This document shows positions 15,318 through 29,931 of a stretch of DNA of 64,000 nt, in pieces. The stretch is from the human T2T-CHM13v2.0 reference genome, Homo sapiens. Below the pieces are notes generated by a model. It was not told the DNA's origin. It made no database searches and was given only the letters and a program-made list of their open reading frames with translations. The first letter of the stretch is position 1; each line of letters starts with the position of its first letter. Position numbers and translations under genes: made by a program. Where the stretch lies: assembly GCF_009914755.1 (NCBI RefSeq), contig NC_060936.1. The stretch is one strand, 5' to 3'.

Positions 15318-15718
15318 GCAACTTCCTAAGGTTCAATTTAAACTTCATAATTTTAAAACTATACATACTTAGAATGGCTACTATCAAAAAGATAAAAGAT
15401 AAGTATTAGTGAGGATATGGAACCCTTGTATACTGAGGGTAGTGGTGTAAATTAGTACAGTCATTACTTTTTGAGATTCTTCCCAACACTAAAAATAGGG
15501 CTGAGTGAGATGGCTCATTCCTGTAGTTCCAGAAATTTGGGAGGCTGAGTTGGGAGGATGGCTTGAGGTCAGGAATTGGAAGCTGCAGTGAGCTATGATT
15601 GCACTGCTGCATTCCAGCCTAGGTGCTAAAAATAAATTAATTAAACTAAATTAAATTAAAATTAAAATTAAACTACCATATGCTTCAGCAATCCCACTTC
15701 TGGGTATATATCCAAAAG

Positions 15719-16055
15719 CAGCAGTCCCCAACCTTTTTGGCACCAGGGACCAGTTTTGTGGAAGATAATTTTTCCACAGGGATGAGCGTGGGGAGTCTTG
15801 CAGAGTGCAATCATTCTACCTCAGATCATCAAGCATTAGATTCTCATAAAAAGTGCACCACCTAGATTCCTGCAATGCACAGTTCACAATAGGGTTCACA
15901 CTCCTATGAGAACCTAATGCTGCCACTGATCTGAGATGAGATGGAGCTCAGGTGGTAATGCTCACTCGCAGCTGCTCACCTCCTACAGTGCGATCCAGTA
16001 CCTAACAGGCCACACATACCACTGCTGTTCCATAGCCTGGGGTTTGGGGACCCTT
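15719..16055. mobile_element. MER1B-like hAT-Charlie DNA transposon within L1
   Basis: Terminal inverted repeats GTCCCCAACC / GGTTTGGGGAC and typical MER1 body. Confidence 0.8.
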
Positions 16056-18180
16056 ATCCAAAGGAATTGAAATCAGCATGAGGTATCTGTGCTCTCATGT
16101 TTATTGTAGCATTATTCACAATAGCCAGGATACAGAAGCAACCTAACTGTCCATCAACAGATGAATCGATAAAGAAAATGTGGTATGTATACATGATGGA
16201 ATGTTATTTAGCTATAAAAAAGAAAATTCCATCATTTACAATGACATGGGGAACCCGTTGGACATTATGCTAAGTGAAACAAGACAAGTACAGAAAGACA
16301 AATACTGCACGATTTCACTCATATGTGGACTGAAAAAGTCAAACTAATGGAAGTAGAGAGTAGAATGGTGGTTACCAGAGGAGGCTAGGGGTTGGGGAAT
16401 TGGAAGATGTTGGTCAAAGGGAACAAAATTTCAATTAGGAGGAATAAGTTTTTGAGACCTATCGCACAGCATGGTGACTGTAGTTAATAATAATGTATCA
16501 TATATTTCAAAATTGCTAAGAGATTAAATTTCAAATGTTCTCACCACAAGAAATGATAAATATGTTCAGTGATGAGTACGCTAATTAGCTTGATTTAGTC
16601 ACTCTACAATGTAAACATATATCAAAACACTACATCGTACCCCATAAATAAATACAATTATTTGTCAATTAAAAATTTAATAAAAATTGTATGCACTTAA
16701 TGACATGGCTTCAAATACATGTAAAGAGTATGATAATCTCATTCAGTATTATAGATATAAGATATACAAAAGGCTAATACAACATGACTAAGTTGAATTT
16801 ATCCCAGAAATGGAGATTGGTTTAACATTTAAAAAAATCAATTAATGTGATTCATTATATTCACAGTTTATGGGAGGAAAAAAACTATATGATCATCTCA
16901 TTAGATGTAGCAGATGTATCTGATAAAATCAAACTAACTTTTCTGATTTTTTAGTTTCCTAGATAACTAAAAAACAAAGATAACTTCCCTAAGTGACAAA
17001 GGATAGCTATAATAAGCTCGCAAACGTTATACTTAATGGTAAAATGTAAAAGCTTTCCTTATCAAATTGGGAACATCGCAAATTGCCTACTGCAATCACT
17101 CTAACTGAATATGTACAACCAGTATAAAGCAAGAATAATGAAATTTAAAATATCAGCTTGGAGATGAAAAAATATAACTGTCATAGATCATAAAACATAG
17201 ATGATATGATTACAGAGATAGAGAACACAGAAAATCTGACAGATAATATTTTGAAATCATCTGTTTAGGCAAGCTGGCCAGATGCAAAATTATATTCCTA
17301 TGTAATAGCAGCAGTTAAAAAATAAAAACACTATTTACAGTAGAATTAAAAGATACAGTACTTAGGTGGAGAAAAATCTAACAAAAGAAGTGAAAGATCC
17401 ATAAGGAAAATATAAAACTTTACCAAGTTATTAATGTAGAAAGCAATTTCATGCTCATGGATAAAAAGCCTCAATATTATAAAGATGTTGATTTTCCCCA
17501 AACTGATTTATGTATTCAATGTAATCCAAATTAAAAAAAATCACATTAGGGCACTTTATTTTCTTTTAAAAAACTGCATGACAAAAGTTTATCGACTTGA
17601 TAAACCAAATCTAAAAATTATATGGAAAGAAAATGACCAAGAATATCCAAGGCACTCTTGGAGAACAAAGTAGAAGGACCCTTCCTAGCAGGCAAGGCTC
17701 ATTATAATGACTGAGAAACCAAGACTGTGGCATTTATGCAGACAAGTAAAACAACTGAACACAAATAGAGATCCAGAAGCAAACTCATGTGTACATGACA
17801 AAGGTGTCATCATGACATATCAGAGGGGAAAGTACCGCCCGTTTAAATGGTGCTGGGAAAACTGGGTATACATAGGTGGAAAAAAATAAATTGGGCCCTT
17901 ACTTCATACAAAAATCAACTTCTAGGATTAAAGACCTAACTGTGAATGACAATATCAATACTATAAGATATCTTTATAATATAAGGGCAGGAAAAGAGTC
18001 TTTAAAGACACAACAAATTCCAAACATAAGGCAGATTGACAAAACTGCCTTTAATTTAAACATATTTCTTGTCATCAAAAAATTATAAAGACAGCAATAA
18101 AAAAGTGAACAAAAAACTTGAACAAGTGGGCACTTCAAATAAGAACATATTTAGCAACCCAATAAACATATGAAAAGGCG

Positions 18181-18465
18181 AGCTGGGAACCGTGGCTCAC
18201 GCCTGTAATTCCAGCACTTTGAGAAGCTGAAGCGAGAGGATTGCTGGAGCCCAGGAGTTCGAGACCAGCCTGGGCAACATGGTCAGACCTTGTCTCCACA
18301 AAAAATTTAAAAATTAGCTGAGCATGGTGCTGCACACCTGTGGTCCCAGCAACTAAGGAGGCTGAGGCAGGAGGATCACTTGAGCCCAGGAGGTAAAGGC
18401 TGCAGTGAGCTGCACCCCAGTCTGGGTGACACAGCAAGACCTTGTCTCAAATAAATAAATAAAAA
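18181..18465 (+). mobile_element. Alu (J-type)
   Basis: Dimer. Confidence 0.9.
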
Positions 18466-18788
18466 TCTGCCAAATGGCCAAATCTGCATTCATATTCATA
18501 CTTTGTTATTTCAAGTAAAAACGGTGCTCGATGAAAAAAGTAGTTCCACTTACAAACTCAAGACAATCACACAACTCCTTTTTCTTCAGACAACCATAGT
18601 ACTTAAGTATGTAAAAGCACTTTATGTGACATTGCTATTTTATCACACAGAATATTAAAATGACATTTGCTCAAGAGCCAAGATTTAATAAAATTAATAA
18701 TTGTTACTGTTTCACCAAGAATATTCTGAGGGAAAACTGTTATTCTTTTTATACTGCAATGGATGGCAGTAAAGAACATAATGACTGA

Positions 18789-19106
<318 letters not shown>

Positions 19107-19170
<64 letters not shown>
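19107..19170. repeat. A-run followed by (TA)n microsatellite
   Basis: Seen directly; Alu tail. Confidence 0.95.
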
Positions 19171-19173
<3 letters not shown>

Positions 19174-20285
19174 CTGATAAGCCCCTCGGGTTTATCATCC
19201 CAAGAGCAGACACCACTAGTAGGGTACCCAGGCCTAACTCCAAAGGACAGGCAAAGGTCATCTGCCTGCAGGTGGTATGGGTACCTATGCAGTGTCTGGA
19301 AGACCCCTTGTAGCACAGGGCAGAACTGGGATGGGAACAGATATGGAGTGGACCATGTCATCTCTGTCTATACTTAGGTCCCAGGCCCCACAAATGTTAG
19401 GTTGGTCCTTCCTGGTTAGATCTTACATAATACTAAGCTCAAACAATAAGGGGTATTCACACGTGTGCAAGCACACACACACACATGCACACAAACACAA
19501 AATATATACATTTTTTCATTTACATGAAGTTCAAAAAGAGGCAAAACTATAGTGTTAAGAATCTACACACTCCATAAAGGAAAGCAAAGAAAGGTTATCA
19601 CAAAAGTAAGAATAATGGTTACCAGTAGAAAGATAGAGTTTGTGATCTGAATGGGACACGCGAGGGCTTCTGTGATGTTCAACTGTTCTATTTCTTTATC
19701 TGGATGGCAAATATGAGCATTCATTTATTAGTACACATTAAATAGTACATACATGTCTTATCCATTTTTTAAAATTATGCTTTATTTCACTAAATATTTG
19801 TTATAATCTGAAAATGAAGTGCCTATTATCAACTTTTCATTTCCTTCAATCCGCGTTCCCTACTCGCAGTTTGCGTCTCTCCTCCACTATTTGAAACCTT
19901 CAAATATTATCACTATTTGAAACTTTCAGATATTAAAAATTACTTTCAGATATTAACAGAAACCACATGTAGTTGGAGCTCTCAAAATAAAATGGATTCT
20001 AGACTCAATAGGTCCGATGAGTGAAGGAGAAACATGTTCAAGGATATTACTCCTATTTAATTTTGCATTTAAAAAATGAAACTATTATTGAACTTAAAAG
20101 TCAGGTTGACATTCAATCATGTGATGTCCTAAGTCTGTCAGTCTAAGAGAAACAGTAATATCTATGAAAAAGCCTGAAACATAAATGGACTAGATGTTTC
20201 ACCACAATATTTGGGAAGAAACTCTTTGAAATTAAATCCCTGCCTAACTTTCCATGTGGGGGTTAAAAAAAAAAGACAGAAAACA

Positions 20286-20622
<337 letters not shown>

Positions 20623-20788
20623 CTATTCCAGGCACCTTGCACAGCCCTGGGCACATAGTAGCCACTCAACATTTATTAAACAGGTAAACAGGGAATGAAA
20701 TGAATATGATTAGTGAGAAAATCCAGGGACCCTGAAGTTCTCTCCAGAAGGCAATCACACTTCCTAGATTCCTATGACACTATAATAA

Positions 20789-21351
20789 TGATACAGGAGT
20801 TAAGAAATCACCTGCAGATAGTGAGGGTACAAGAGTCCTCAGTAAGGTTTTTGTTTTAATGAAAAGCAGCCCCTTTCTAAAGAAGAGCAGCCTGTAAAAT
20901 CAAGCTGCAGACATAGATATCCACAGCTGCGTCAATCATGTTCAAGATGGCGGCTCCATCTTCCCTTCTCTTTGTCAGCCACCTGTACAGTAAGGAGCAG
21001 ACAAGATAGCTCCAATCAACTAGGAAAGTCCATTTGCATAAAAGGATTAGGGTGGGGCAACCAGACTTCCCGGTGTGCTATGTAAACGTCATACCTGATC
21101 AAACCAACCTGTTAGCCCTAAGTAAATCAGACACTTCCTCCTCAAACCTGACTATAAAATCCAGCTCATCTGCTGCTGGATGGTCTTTTCCCTCGAAGAT
21201 CCCTCTCTCCCTACAGAAAGAACTGTTTCTGTTTCTCTTCTGCCTATTAAACCTCCACTCCTAAACTCCTCGTGTGAGTCCTTGTCCTAAATTTTCCTGG
21301 CACAAAATGACGAACCCCAAGGTATATACCCCAGACAACGTAGCCACTTCA
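20789..21351 (+). mobile_element. Solo ERV1 LTR (LTR9-like)
   Basis: TGATACAGGAG...CACTTCA, TSD ATAA, TATA-like CTATAAAA and ATTAAA. Subfamily uncertain. Confidence 0.7.
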
Positions 21352-21664
21352 ATAATATCTGGCCTGTGAAATCTTAGAACCCAATTTGGCACTCAGAGGA
21401 AAACAATACATCCACCATATCTCCCCATTTATCACTGATGTCTATTACAGACTGTATTTTCCATGAAATGGCCGAACAATATTTCCAGTCCCCCATGCTC
21501 TTCCAGAACCCTGACCTTCCTCATCAAGAAGTGGAGTGCTTTTTTCCTCCTTTTGAACTTGGACAGGCCTTTGTAACCATCATGACTGATAAGAGTAAGG
21601 CAGAAATAATACTGTGTGATTTACAGTTCCTGGCTGGTAACTCCCATAGCCCTTGTTACAGTCT

Positions 21665-23145
21665 TTTGTTATAATGCTGGGTGTGTTAGGCCTCAGGGGC
21701 AGGAAGCAGAATCTCTCTGACCTTCTCCTGCCCTCCTTTCTAACTGTGAGTCTTAAGATCCTCTCCAAAGGGGCTGGGTGGCTCATGCCTGTAGTCCCAG
21801 CACTTTCGGAGGCAGAGGCGGGAGGCTTACTTGGGCCCAGGAATTCAATACCACCCTAGGCTACATAGCAAGACCCCATCTTATATTTTAAAAATAATGA
21901 AATAAAATAAAAGACCCTCTCCGGTGAAGGTCCTGCCTCATACCCCAGGGGAAGGAATATTGACGTGAAGCTTCCATAAAAACCCAAAAGAATGAGTTCA
22001 GTGAGCTTCCGGATAGCAGAACACATGAAGGTTCCTAAAGGGTGGCACACCCCGGGAGGGCATGGAAGCCCTGCACTCCATCCCCCGATACCTCACCCTA
22101 CACATCGCTTCATCTATACACTTTGCAGTATCCTTTATAATAAACCACTAAACCTAAGTGTTTCCCTGAGTTTTGTGAGCTGCTCCAGTAAATTAATCAA
22201 ACCAGAAGAGGGGGTCATGGGAACTCCAACTTGATGCCTCTCAGTCAGACATTCCAGAGGACAGGACTTGTGACTTGTGTCTGGGCCAGGTGAGGGTGGT
22301 TAGGGTCTTGGGGAATGAGCCCTTAACCCATGGGATCTGACACTATTTCCAGGTGGATAATGTCAGAGGTGTTTGGACCAGAGCGACTCCATCCTGATTA
22401 GGGGCTGGGTAAAATAAGGCTGAAACCTACTGGGCTGCATTCTCAGGAGGTTAGTATTCTAGGTCACAGGATGAGATAGGAGGTCGGCACAACATACAGG
22501 TTACAAAGACCCCACTGATAAAACAAGATGTGGTAAAGAAGCCAGCCAAAACCTGCCAAATCCCATATGGCAATGAAAGGGATGTCTGGCCGTCCTCGCT
22601 GCTCATTATAAGCTAATTATAATGCATTAGCATGCTAACAGACACTCCTACCAGTGTCACGACAATTTACAGAGGCCATGGCAATGGTGGGAAGTTAACC
22701 TACAAGGTCTAAAAAGGGGAGGAACCCTCAGTTCCAGGAATTGCCCATCCCTTTTCTGGAAAATTTATGAATAATCTACCCCTTCTTTAGCAAATGATCA
22801 AGAAATAACCATTAAAATAGCCAACCAGCAGCCCTCGGAGCTCCTCTGTCTACGGAGTAGCCATTCTTTTTTTCCTTTACTTTCTTAATAAATTTTATTT
22901 TACTTTGTGGACTCTCCCCAAATTCTTTCTTGTGCAACATCCAAGAACCTCTTGGGGACTGGATTGGGACACCTTTCCCGTAATAACAGTGTGAGAATTG
23001 AATTGGAGGACACCCAGCTGGGGTTCACTGCTTGGTGGTGGGGAGAAATCCCTACACCTTTGATCATAGAAGTCTCCTATGTTGACTATTGTTGTGGTGG
23101 TGTGAGAGTAGAGGAAAAACTCGGTTGGAGAATTTTTCTTGAAAG
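21665..23145 (+). mobile_element. MER21-like LTR (interrupted by an Alu monomer and MER41)
   Basis: Motifs such as AGTGTTTCCCTGAGTTTTGTGAG and GGGATCTGACACTAT...GAATTGAATTGGAGGACACCCAGCTG continue across the MER41. Confidence 0.65.
22361..22985 (+). mobile_element. MER41 (B-like) solo LTR nested in a MER21-like LTR
   Basis: Starts TGTCAGAGG..., contains the typical GGGGCTGGGTAAAATAAGGCTGA and the GAS region; ends CTTTCCCGTAATA. Confidence 0.85.
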
Positions 23146-23814
23146 AGTAGTTTTGAGGCTAGGGCGTAAACAGCAATAGAGCTTCCATCTGGGCTCAGTC
23201 AACTGACACATACAGATTTTGGGCCCTAGGTCAGCACATAAGAAGGCTGCCTACTCTGTGACTGCCATCCTGAGGAGACCACATGGAGAACAAGTAATGC
23301 CGGAAGAGCCTTCAACTCCTTGAGTTTTGCAGCCCAGATGGCAATGAAAGTGACCTCTGGTCATCCTCACTGTTCATTATACACAAATTATGAAGCATTA
23401 GCATGCTAAGAGACACTCCCTCCAGCACCATATGAGTTAGGAAGCCTGTGAGCTGACTCTAACCCCAGCCACTGACAGCAACCGTGTGACGGACCCCAAG
23501 CAAAAACCACTTAGCCATCCTAGTCAACCCCAGAAACATGAAAAATAATTTTAAAATGACGCTTGTAATTTTAAGCTATTAATTTTGTTACATAGTGGTA
23601 ACCATGCAATATACAATCCAGTTATTAATACAAAACATTTATTTTACTTATATTGTAAGCAGAAGACTAATAATAAAAGATTTTGGTTTTTAACAAAGGA
23701 TAACAGTAATTTGAGAGTTTTTTTAAACTACCCTAATTACAAAAATCTAAATTGGCAAAACCAATCAAAGTAGCATTCCAACTCATCTAAATAGATGGCC
23801 AAAGAGGTTTTTGT

Positions 23815-24115
23815 TTTTTTTTTTTGAGATGGAGTCTTGCTCTGTCACCCAGTGTGGAGTGCAGCGGCGTGATCTCGGCTCACTGCAAACTCCGCCTCCT
23901 GGGTTCACGTCATTTTCCTGCCTCAGCCTCCTAAGTAGCTTGGACTACAGGCGCCTGCCACCACGCCCGGCTAATTTTTTTTTTTTTTTCTATTTTTAGT
24001 AGAGATGGGGTTTCACCATGTTAGCCAGGATGGTCTCGATCTCCTGACCTCGTGATCCGCCCGCCTTGGCCTCCCAAAGTGCTGGTATTACAGGCGTGAG
24101 CCACCTCGCCTGGCC
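23815..24115 (-). mobile_element. Alu (Y/Sc-like)
   Basis: GTTAGCCAGGATGGTCTCGATCTCC diagnostic; CpG-rich. Confidence 0.92.
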
Positions 24116-24156
24116 GTTTTTTGTTTTGTTTTGTTTTGTTTTGTTTTGTTTTGTTT
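24116..24156. repeat. (TTTTG)n pentanucleotide repeat
   Basis: Seen directly. Confidence 0.9.
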
Positions 24157-24629
24157 CAATAGAGTCAGGGTCTCATCATGTTGCAGCCCAGTAGGTCTCA
24201 GCCTTATTTTACCCAGCCCCTATTCAGGATGGAGTCACTCTGGTTTGAACGACTCTGACATTATCTACGTGGAAATAGCATCAGATCCCATGGGTGGAGG
24301 GCTCATTTCCCAAGAACCCCATCTCCCCGAAACTGCTGAAATTACAGATGTGAACCACCCCACCCAGCCTTCAAAGAGTTTTCAAAAACCAGTGACCACC
24401 AAAATCTTTTTTAACTTCCAAAAATGACATTAAATCATTTCTCATTTACTTCCCATAGGCCAGCAATTCCCAAAATGTGGTCCCTGGAGCGACAAAATTA
24501 ACATGATCTGGACACTTGTTAGAAATGAGAAACTCTGGAGATGTAGCCAGCTGATTCTGATGCACATTAAGTTTGAGAACCAGTGACCTGGGCTTGGGCA
24601 TATTATTCCTTTCAAATTTAAAAGCACAT

Positions 24630-24950
<321 letters not shown>

Positions 24951-26333
24951 TTATTATACCTTATGACATGGTGAGGGCTTGTGGCAAATAATGAAAGAAC
25001 TCATTCAAATTGACATAACAGGAAGAGCTGGGAACAGAAACTTAGATTCCTAAATTCAACATTTTGTGGATACATATGGACAGTGAATATCTTTCCAAAA
25101 TTATATGAATTTATAATTTTGAAGGAGTTAATTGCAAAAGCATCCTAGTAATTTTGGTGTATACATGTAGGGGCTATATAACAGAAAGAAGCTTCTCATT
25201 GGAACCTTAGCTCCACCCTTACTGCTGTGTAATATTAGTCAAGAAACAACTCTTCTGAGCCTCCTTTTATAATGGATGAGACCACTGCTTCAAGAGTTAA
25301 TTATTATTGCTAACAACTGGGCTCTCGCTATGCACCAGATATGACTCTATATGCTTAGATAAATTACTTTATTTTATACTTATGAGATCACTGTAAGATA
25401 GATATTATAACTACCCCAATTTTATAGATAAAGAAATTAAAGCACAAATGATTAAATTCCTCAAGTCATAAAGGTTCCTATGGAGCAAATGAGACCGAAT
25501 TTGAGCCCAGGATGTCTGACTTCAAAGCCTGAATGCTTAATCACATGCCTTCTCACTTAAGGTAATTAAATGAGATGATTCATATATGGAACATAATACA
25601 GAACGTATTGCAGGAATTCAGTAAACAAAAGTTGTTATTTTATCATTAATCTATTAATATTTTACTATTACCATATTTTAGCACTTAATAGGAAGACTAT
25701 TATTATTTCCAGCACCCCTATTATTCTGGGAAAGATGTCCAAATCATTCAAAAGTAAAATACAATGAGAATCAAGACAATGGGAAGTATACTGTGCATCT
25801 GGTTAATTGTGCACCCTGAAAAGGACCAGAGAAAGAATTCTTTAAACATTTTATGCTTAAAATTATTTCAACTCATGGCTGAAGGAGGACATTTAATTAC
25901 ATGTCCCTTAACATGCATAACTAGACATTATTACTGGTCATAAAAATGTGGAGTTAGCATTAAAATCAAATCATAATATTGTTCTCAATGACCCTTTCTC
26001 AATTATTAGAAGATCTAAGAAGAAAGGTGACTTATTAAATTATCAACAGTGCTGGCTTTTTAATTGCCAATTTTCCCACCAGCTGTCCTTTCTATTTGCT
26101 TTAAATAATTTTTTTATTGACGTCACAGAAAATGCAAGATTATCTGAAAAATTAGCTGCTAAGATTTATCTTCAATCCAACTGTCTATAGGAAAACTTTT
26201 AAAGACATTTTCGGCTTCCTCTGGTAAATATGATAAAGCCCATACTGCCCAAGAGCTATTTTAGCAGGAGAAGCTACTTAGTACCCACAGTGAAGTGCAA
26301 GCATGTCACTCTCTTTAATTCCCATGTACTTAC

Positions 26334-26534
26334 TTCCACTGCATAGTGCAAAGCTGATGAGCCAGGGTGCAATGACAGGTTCTGAAGAGGCTTGATATGA
26401 GGTTTCTCCCATCCAAACTCTGAGGACCACTCCACCGTCAGCATATGATCCGTGAACACAGTTCCAAAAACCAGATTATTGGGGTCTGGTTTTTCCTTTA
26501 AAATGGTAGCTGGTGTGACTATTAGGTCTTTAGC
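26334..26534 (-). CDS. BCAT1: BCAT1 coding exon 3 (AKDLIVT...LHYAVE), 201 nt
   Basis: ORF 26274..26555 contains the class IV aminotransferase motifs [10 protein letters not shown] and LHYA. Acceptor ttcttccccag|, donor GAA|GTAAGT. Confidence 0.97.
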
Positions 26535-27333
26535 CTGGGGAAGAAAAATCATCACTATTTACAGAAAAGCTACTGAGCATTCGCTGGCTAGATTATACAG
26601 AGGGGAAAAAAAAAAAGGAAATCAATTGACTTTTAAAGGTTAGCAGCTAACACAGAAATTTAACACTCTGAGCTGAACAAATCATGCCTGCATTCAGAAT
26701 TCGGCCAGTTATTCATAATCTCTGCAATGTACACTGCCTAATAGAATATCAGAACCAAATTTCAGTGATATATAGAAGAGGGACAAAATAGCAGATGGGG
26801 TAAGATGATGCAAAAAAAGAATACAACCCTTTTTCACTCTCACCATAGGACTCATGTTGAGTATTTGGGAAAGATGAAAGAGATGTTTTCCCTAATAAAA
26901 AATGGCAACACTCACAATGATTTGTTAAACTAAAATGAATGTCATTAAGTACTGAACTGCTATTTAGCAATGGTTACACTCCAACTGCCCCAAAGAATTG
27001 TTGGCATAAGCCTTCAAAATCCTCTGGGTGCACTGGAGAAGAAATGAGCAAAGTGAAGCAAATGTTTTCCTCTTTGAAAACAGGAAAGTTGAGAATGAAC
27101 ACTAAGATATAAATCCTCTGTTCTGTGTGGAGGAAACAGTGAACAAAGGAACTCTTATTTAAACAAAGATAAATCAGAGTAATAGGAAACAACTCCCGAC
27201 AAGCAGCATCTCACCAGCTCCCGACATAGCCAGTTTGCCCACTGCAAATGGCCAAACATTAAGCGTACAAATTGCATGCGATACCACCACTAACTTTATA
27301 GCATCTGTGGAATGCTGACAAAAACACAGGAGA

Positions 27334-27635
27334 CCAGCACTTTGGGAAGCCGAGGCATGCAGATCACAAGGTTTGGAGATTGAGACCATCCTAGCTAACA
27401 TGGTGAAACCCCGTCTCTACTAAAAATACTAAAAATTAGCCAGGCGTGGTGGCATGCACCTGTAGTCGCAGCTACTCAGGAGGCTGAGGCAGGAAAATCA
27501 CTTGAACCCGGGAGGCGGAGGTTGCAGAGAGTCAAGATCGCACCACTGCACTCCAGCCTGGGAGACAGAGCAAGACTCTGTCTCAGAAAAAAAAAAAAGA
27601 AAAGAAAAGAAGAGAAAAGAGAAGAAAAAAAGAAA
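27334..27635 (+). mobile_element. Alu, 5'-truncated
   Basis: Dimer with A/G-rich tail. Confidence 0.9.
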
Positions 27636-28547
27636 CACAAGAGAAGGAACTTTTTGATCAGTTAAAAAAACAGGGGCAAGTTCAACCTGTAACAGGTTGT
27701 GAAGGGATGTCAAACTCCATCTCTTTGAATATACAAAAAAAGTCTTTTCCCTCCCAAATTAAATACAGACCTTCACTTTACATCATCAGCTCTTATCATT
27801 ATTTTTAAAATGATCTAATTCTGTTTAATTCACTGCCTTGCAGCTACGTGAGTCATTTGATATATTATGAATGATAGTAAATTGTATTTTTAGAATAATA
27901 TTCAGGCTGAAAACATATTCCAAAACAAACAGAAAGCTCATATTACAGTGACACAAAAGGCATTAAGGACAGAATATTACTGTAATGTTCAGGCTAGTCT
28001 AGTAATGCTACTTTGTAATATGCCAATAAAATGCCAAGTTTCAATAAAAAATTGACTTTGTTCTACCATTATTATTATTATTTTGTATTTTTTTTAGAGA
28101 TAGGGACTCACTATGTTGCCCAGGCTGGTCTCGAACTCCTGGGCTTAAGCAATCTGCCTGCCTCGACCTCCCAAAGTTCTAAGATTACAGGCATGAGCCA
28201 CTGTGCCCAGCCTGTTTTACCACTATTTAATTCAAGTAAAAACGTTAATTTAAGACTTTTTACTAAGTATAATAAGTTTATTTAAAGAAATATATTCCAG
28301 CTAAATTATTTTTATCTTTGAATCCCTTTTCTCTCCCGTTGTCCTCTGGACTAGGTAGGGGGTCAGGCAGACTTTACTTGCAGACCAAATGCAGCCAGCT
28401 GGCCTGTTTTGAAATTAAAATGTTATTGGAACATAGTCACGCCATTCTTGTATCTTCAGTGGCAGCACAGCCAACTAGTTGTAACAGAAACCTGATGGCC
28501 CTCAAGCCTAAAATATTTATCATCTAGCCATTTAAGAAAGTTTAGCA

Positions 28548-28840
28548 GGCCGGGCACAGTGGCACACCCTGAATCCCAACACTTTGGGAGGCCGAGGCGG
28601 GTGGATCACCAAAGGTCAGGAGTTTGAGATCAACCTGGCAAACAGCACAACCCTGTCTCTACTAAAAATACAAAAATTAACTGAGTGTAGTGGTGGGCGC
28701 CTGTAATCCCAGCTACTTGGGAGGCTGAGGCAGGAGAACTGCTTGAACCTGGGAGGCAGAGGTTGCAGTCAGCAGAGACACACCAGTGCACTCCAGCCTG
28801 GGCAATAAGAGTGGAACTCCATCTCAAAAAAAAAGAAAGA
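28548..28840 (+). mobile_element. Alu inserted in a MER58-like element
   Basis: TSD AAGAAAGTTTAGCA. Confidence 0.9.
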
Positions 28841-29604
28841 AAGTTTAGCAACCCCTATTCTGGACTATTTAGACAAGAAGTCTGGCTAGAGTATTCACAG
28901 TTGAATTCCAAAGCTAACACAGTGCCTAGCACACAGAATAGTAAAGGGTTTCTTAAATACTGAAGATGTCTGGCTGCTTTCAGATACACTCACAGAAGAT
29001 GTCCAGGATTTAAAGAGAGTGAAATTCTAACACAAACTTTTTATTACATGAATAGTTTCACAGTATTCTTGCACAATAAACACCTGTGATTTACCTTAGT
29101 TAGCTTTTATCAGTGAATGGGGAGGACCCTGGGCTAAGAAACATTTGGAGCCATATCAATACAGTACGACAAACTTAATGCAAATTTTCTTCTACTAAGA
29201 CTACTTAGTAAAAGGGGAAGGGTAGTAAAACACAAAACAAAAACAGAAAGATGAGAGTGGGTGACAAGAATGATTATGATCCAGTATATATAATTTTTAG
29301 TTTTCTGAGACCTCTCCTTAAAATACCCATAGGACCCACAATAACCCACTAATCCAGAGAGATCAAATTAGCGGCAAAGCAGGGATAGAATAAGGTAATT
29401 TTTAACCTCAAATAAGTGTTCTTATAATTAGAACTTCATAATATCAGTTAAATTTCTGACAATTAAAGATAAATTATTACATTTCTAGGTATGACTTCTA
29501 TTTCAGTAAACTGCTACATTCTTTCGTAAGACACATTATTTCTTAATGATATGAATAGCAACCTCTAACTTTCTGATTTGTACCTAAGCACTGCCCTGTA
29601 TCCA

Positions 29605-29931
<327 letters not shown>

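Larger units (their letters stand above)
21440..23605 (+). mobile_element. Old MaLR (MLT1-like) LTR split by the MER21/MER41 stack
   Basis: MLT1-like 5' part at about 21440-21660 and 3' part at about 23150-23605. Confidence 0.5.

Noticed and set aside
26806-26814. TGATGCAAA ATF4-C/EBP (CARE)-like motif (also 59823-59831 and one in an Alu near 10150)
   Set aside because: A few such 8-9-mers are expected by chance in 64 kb; no supporting context is visible.
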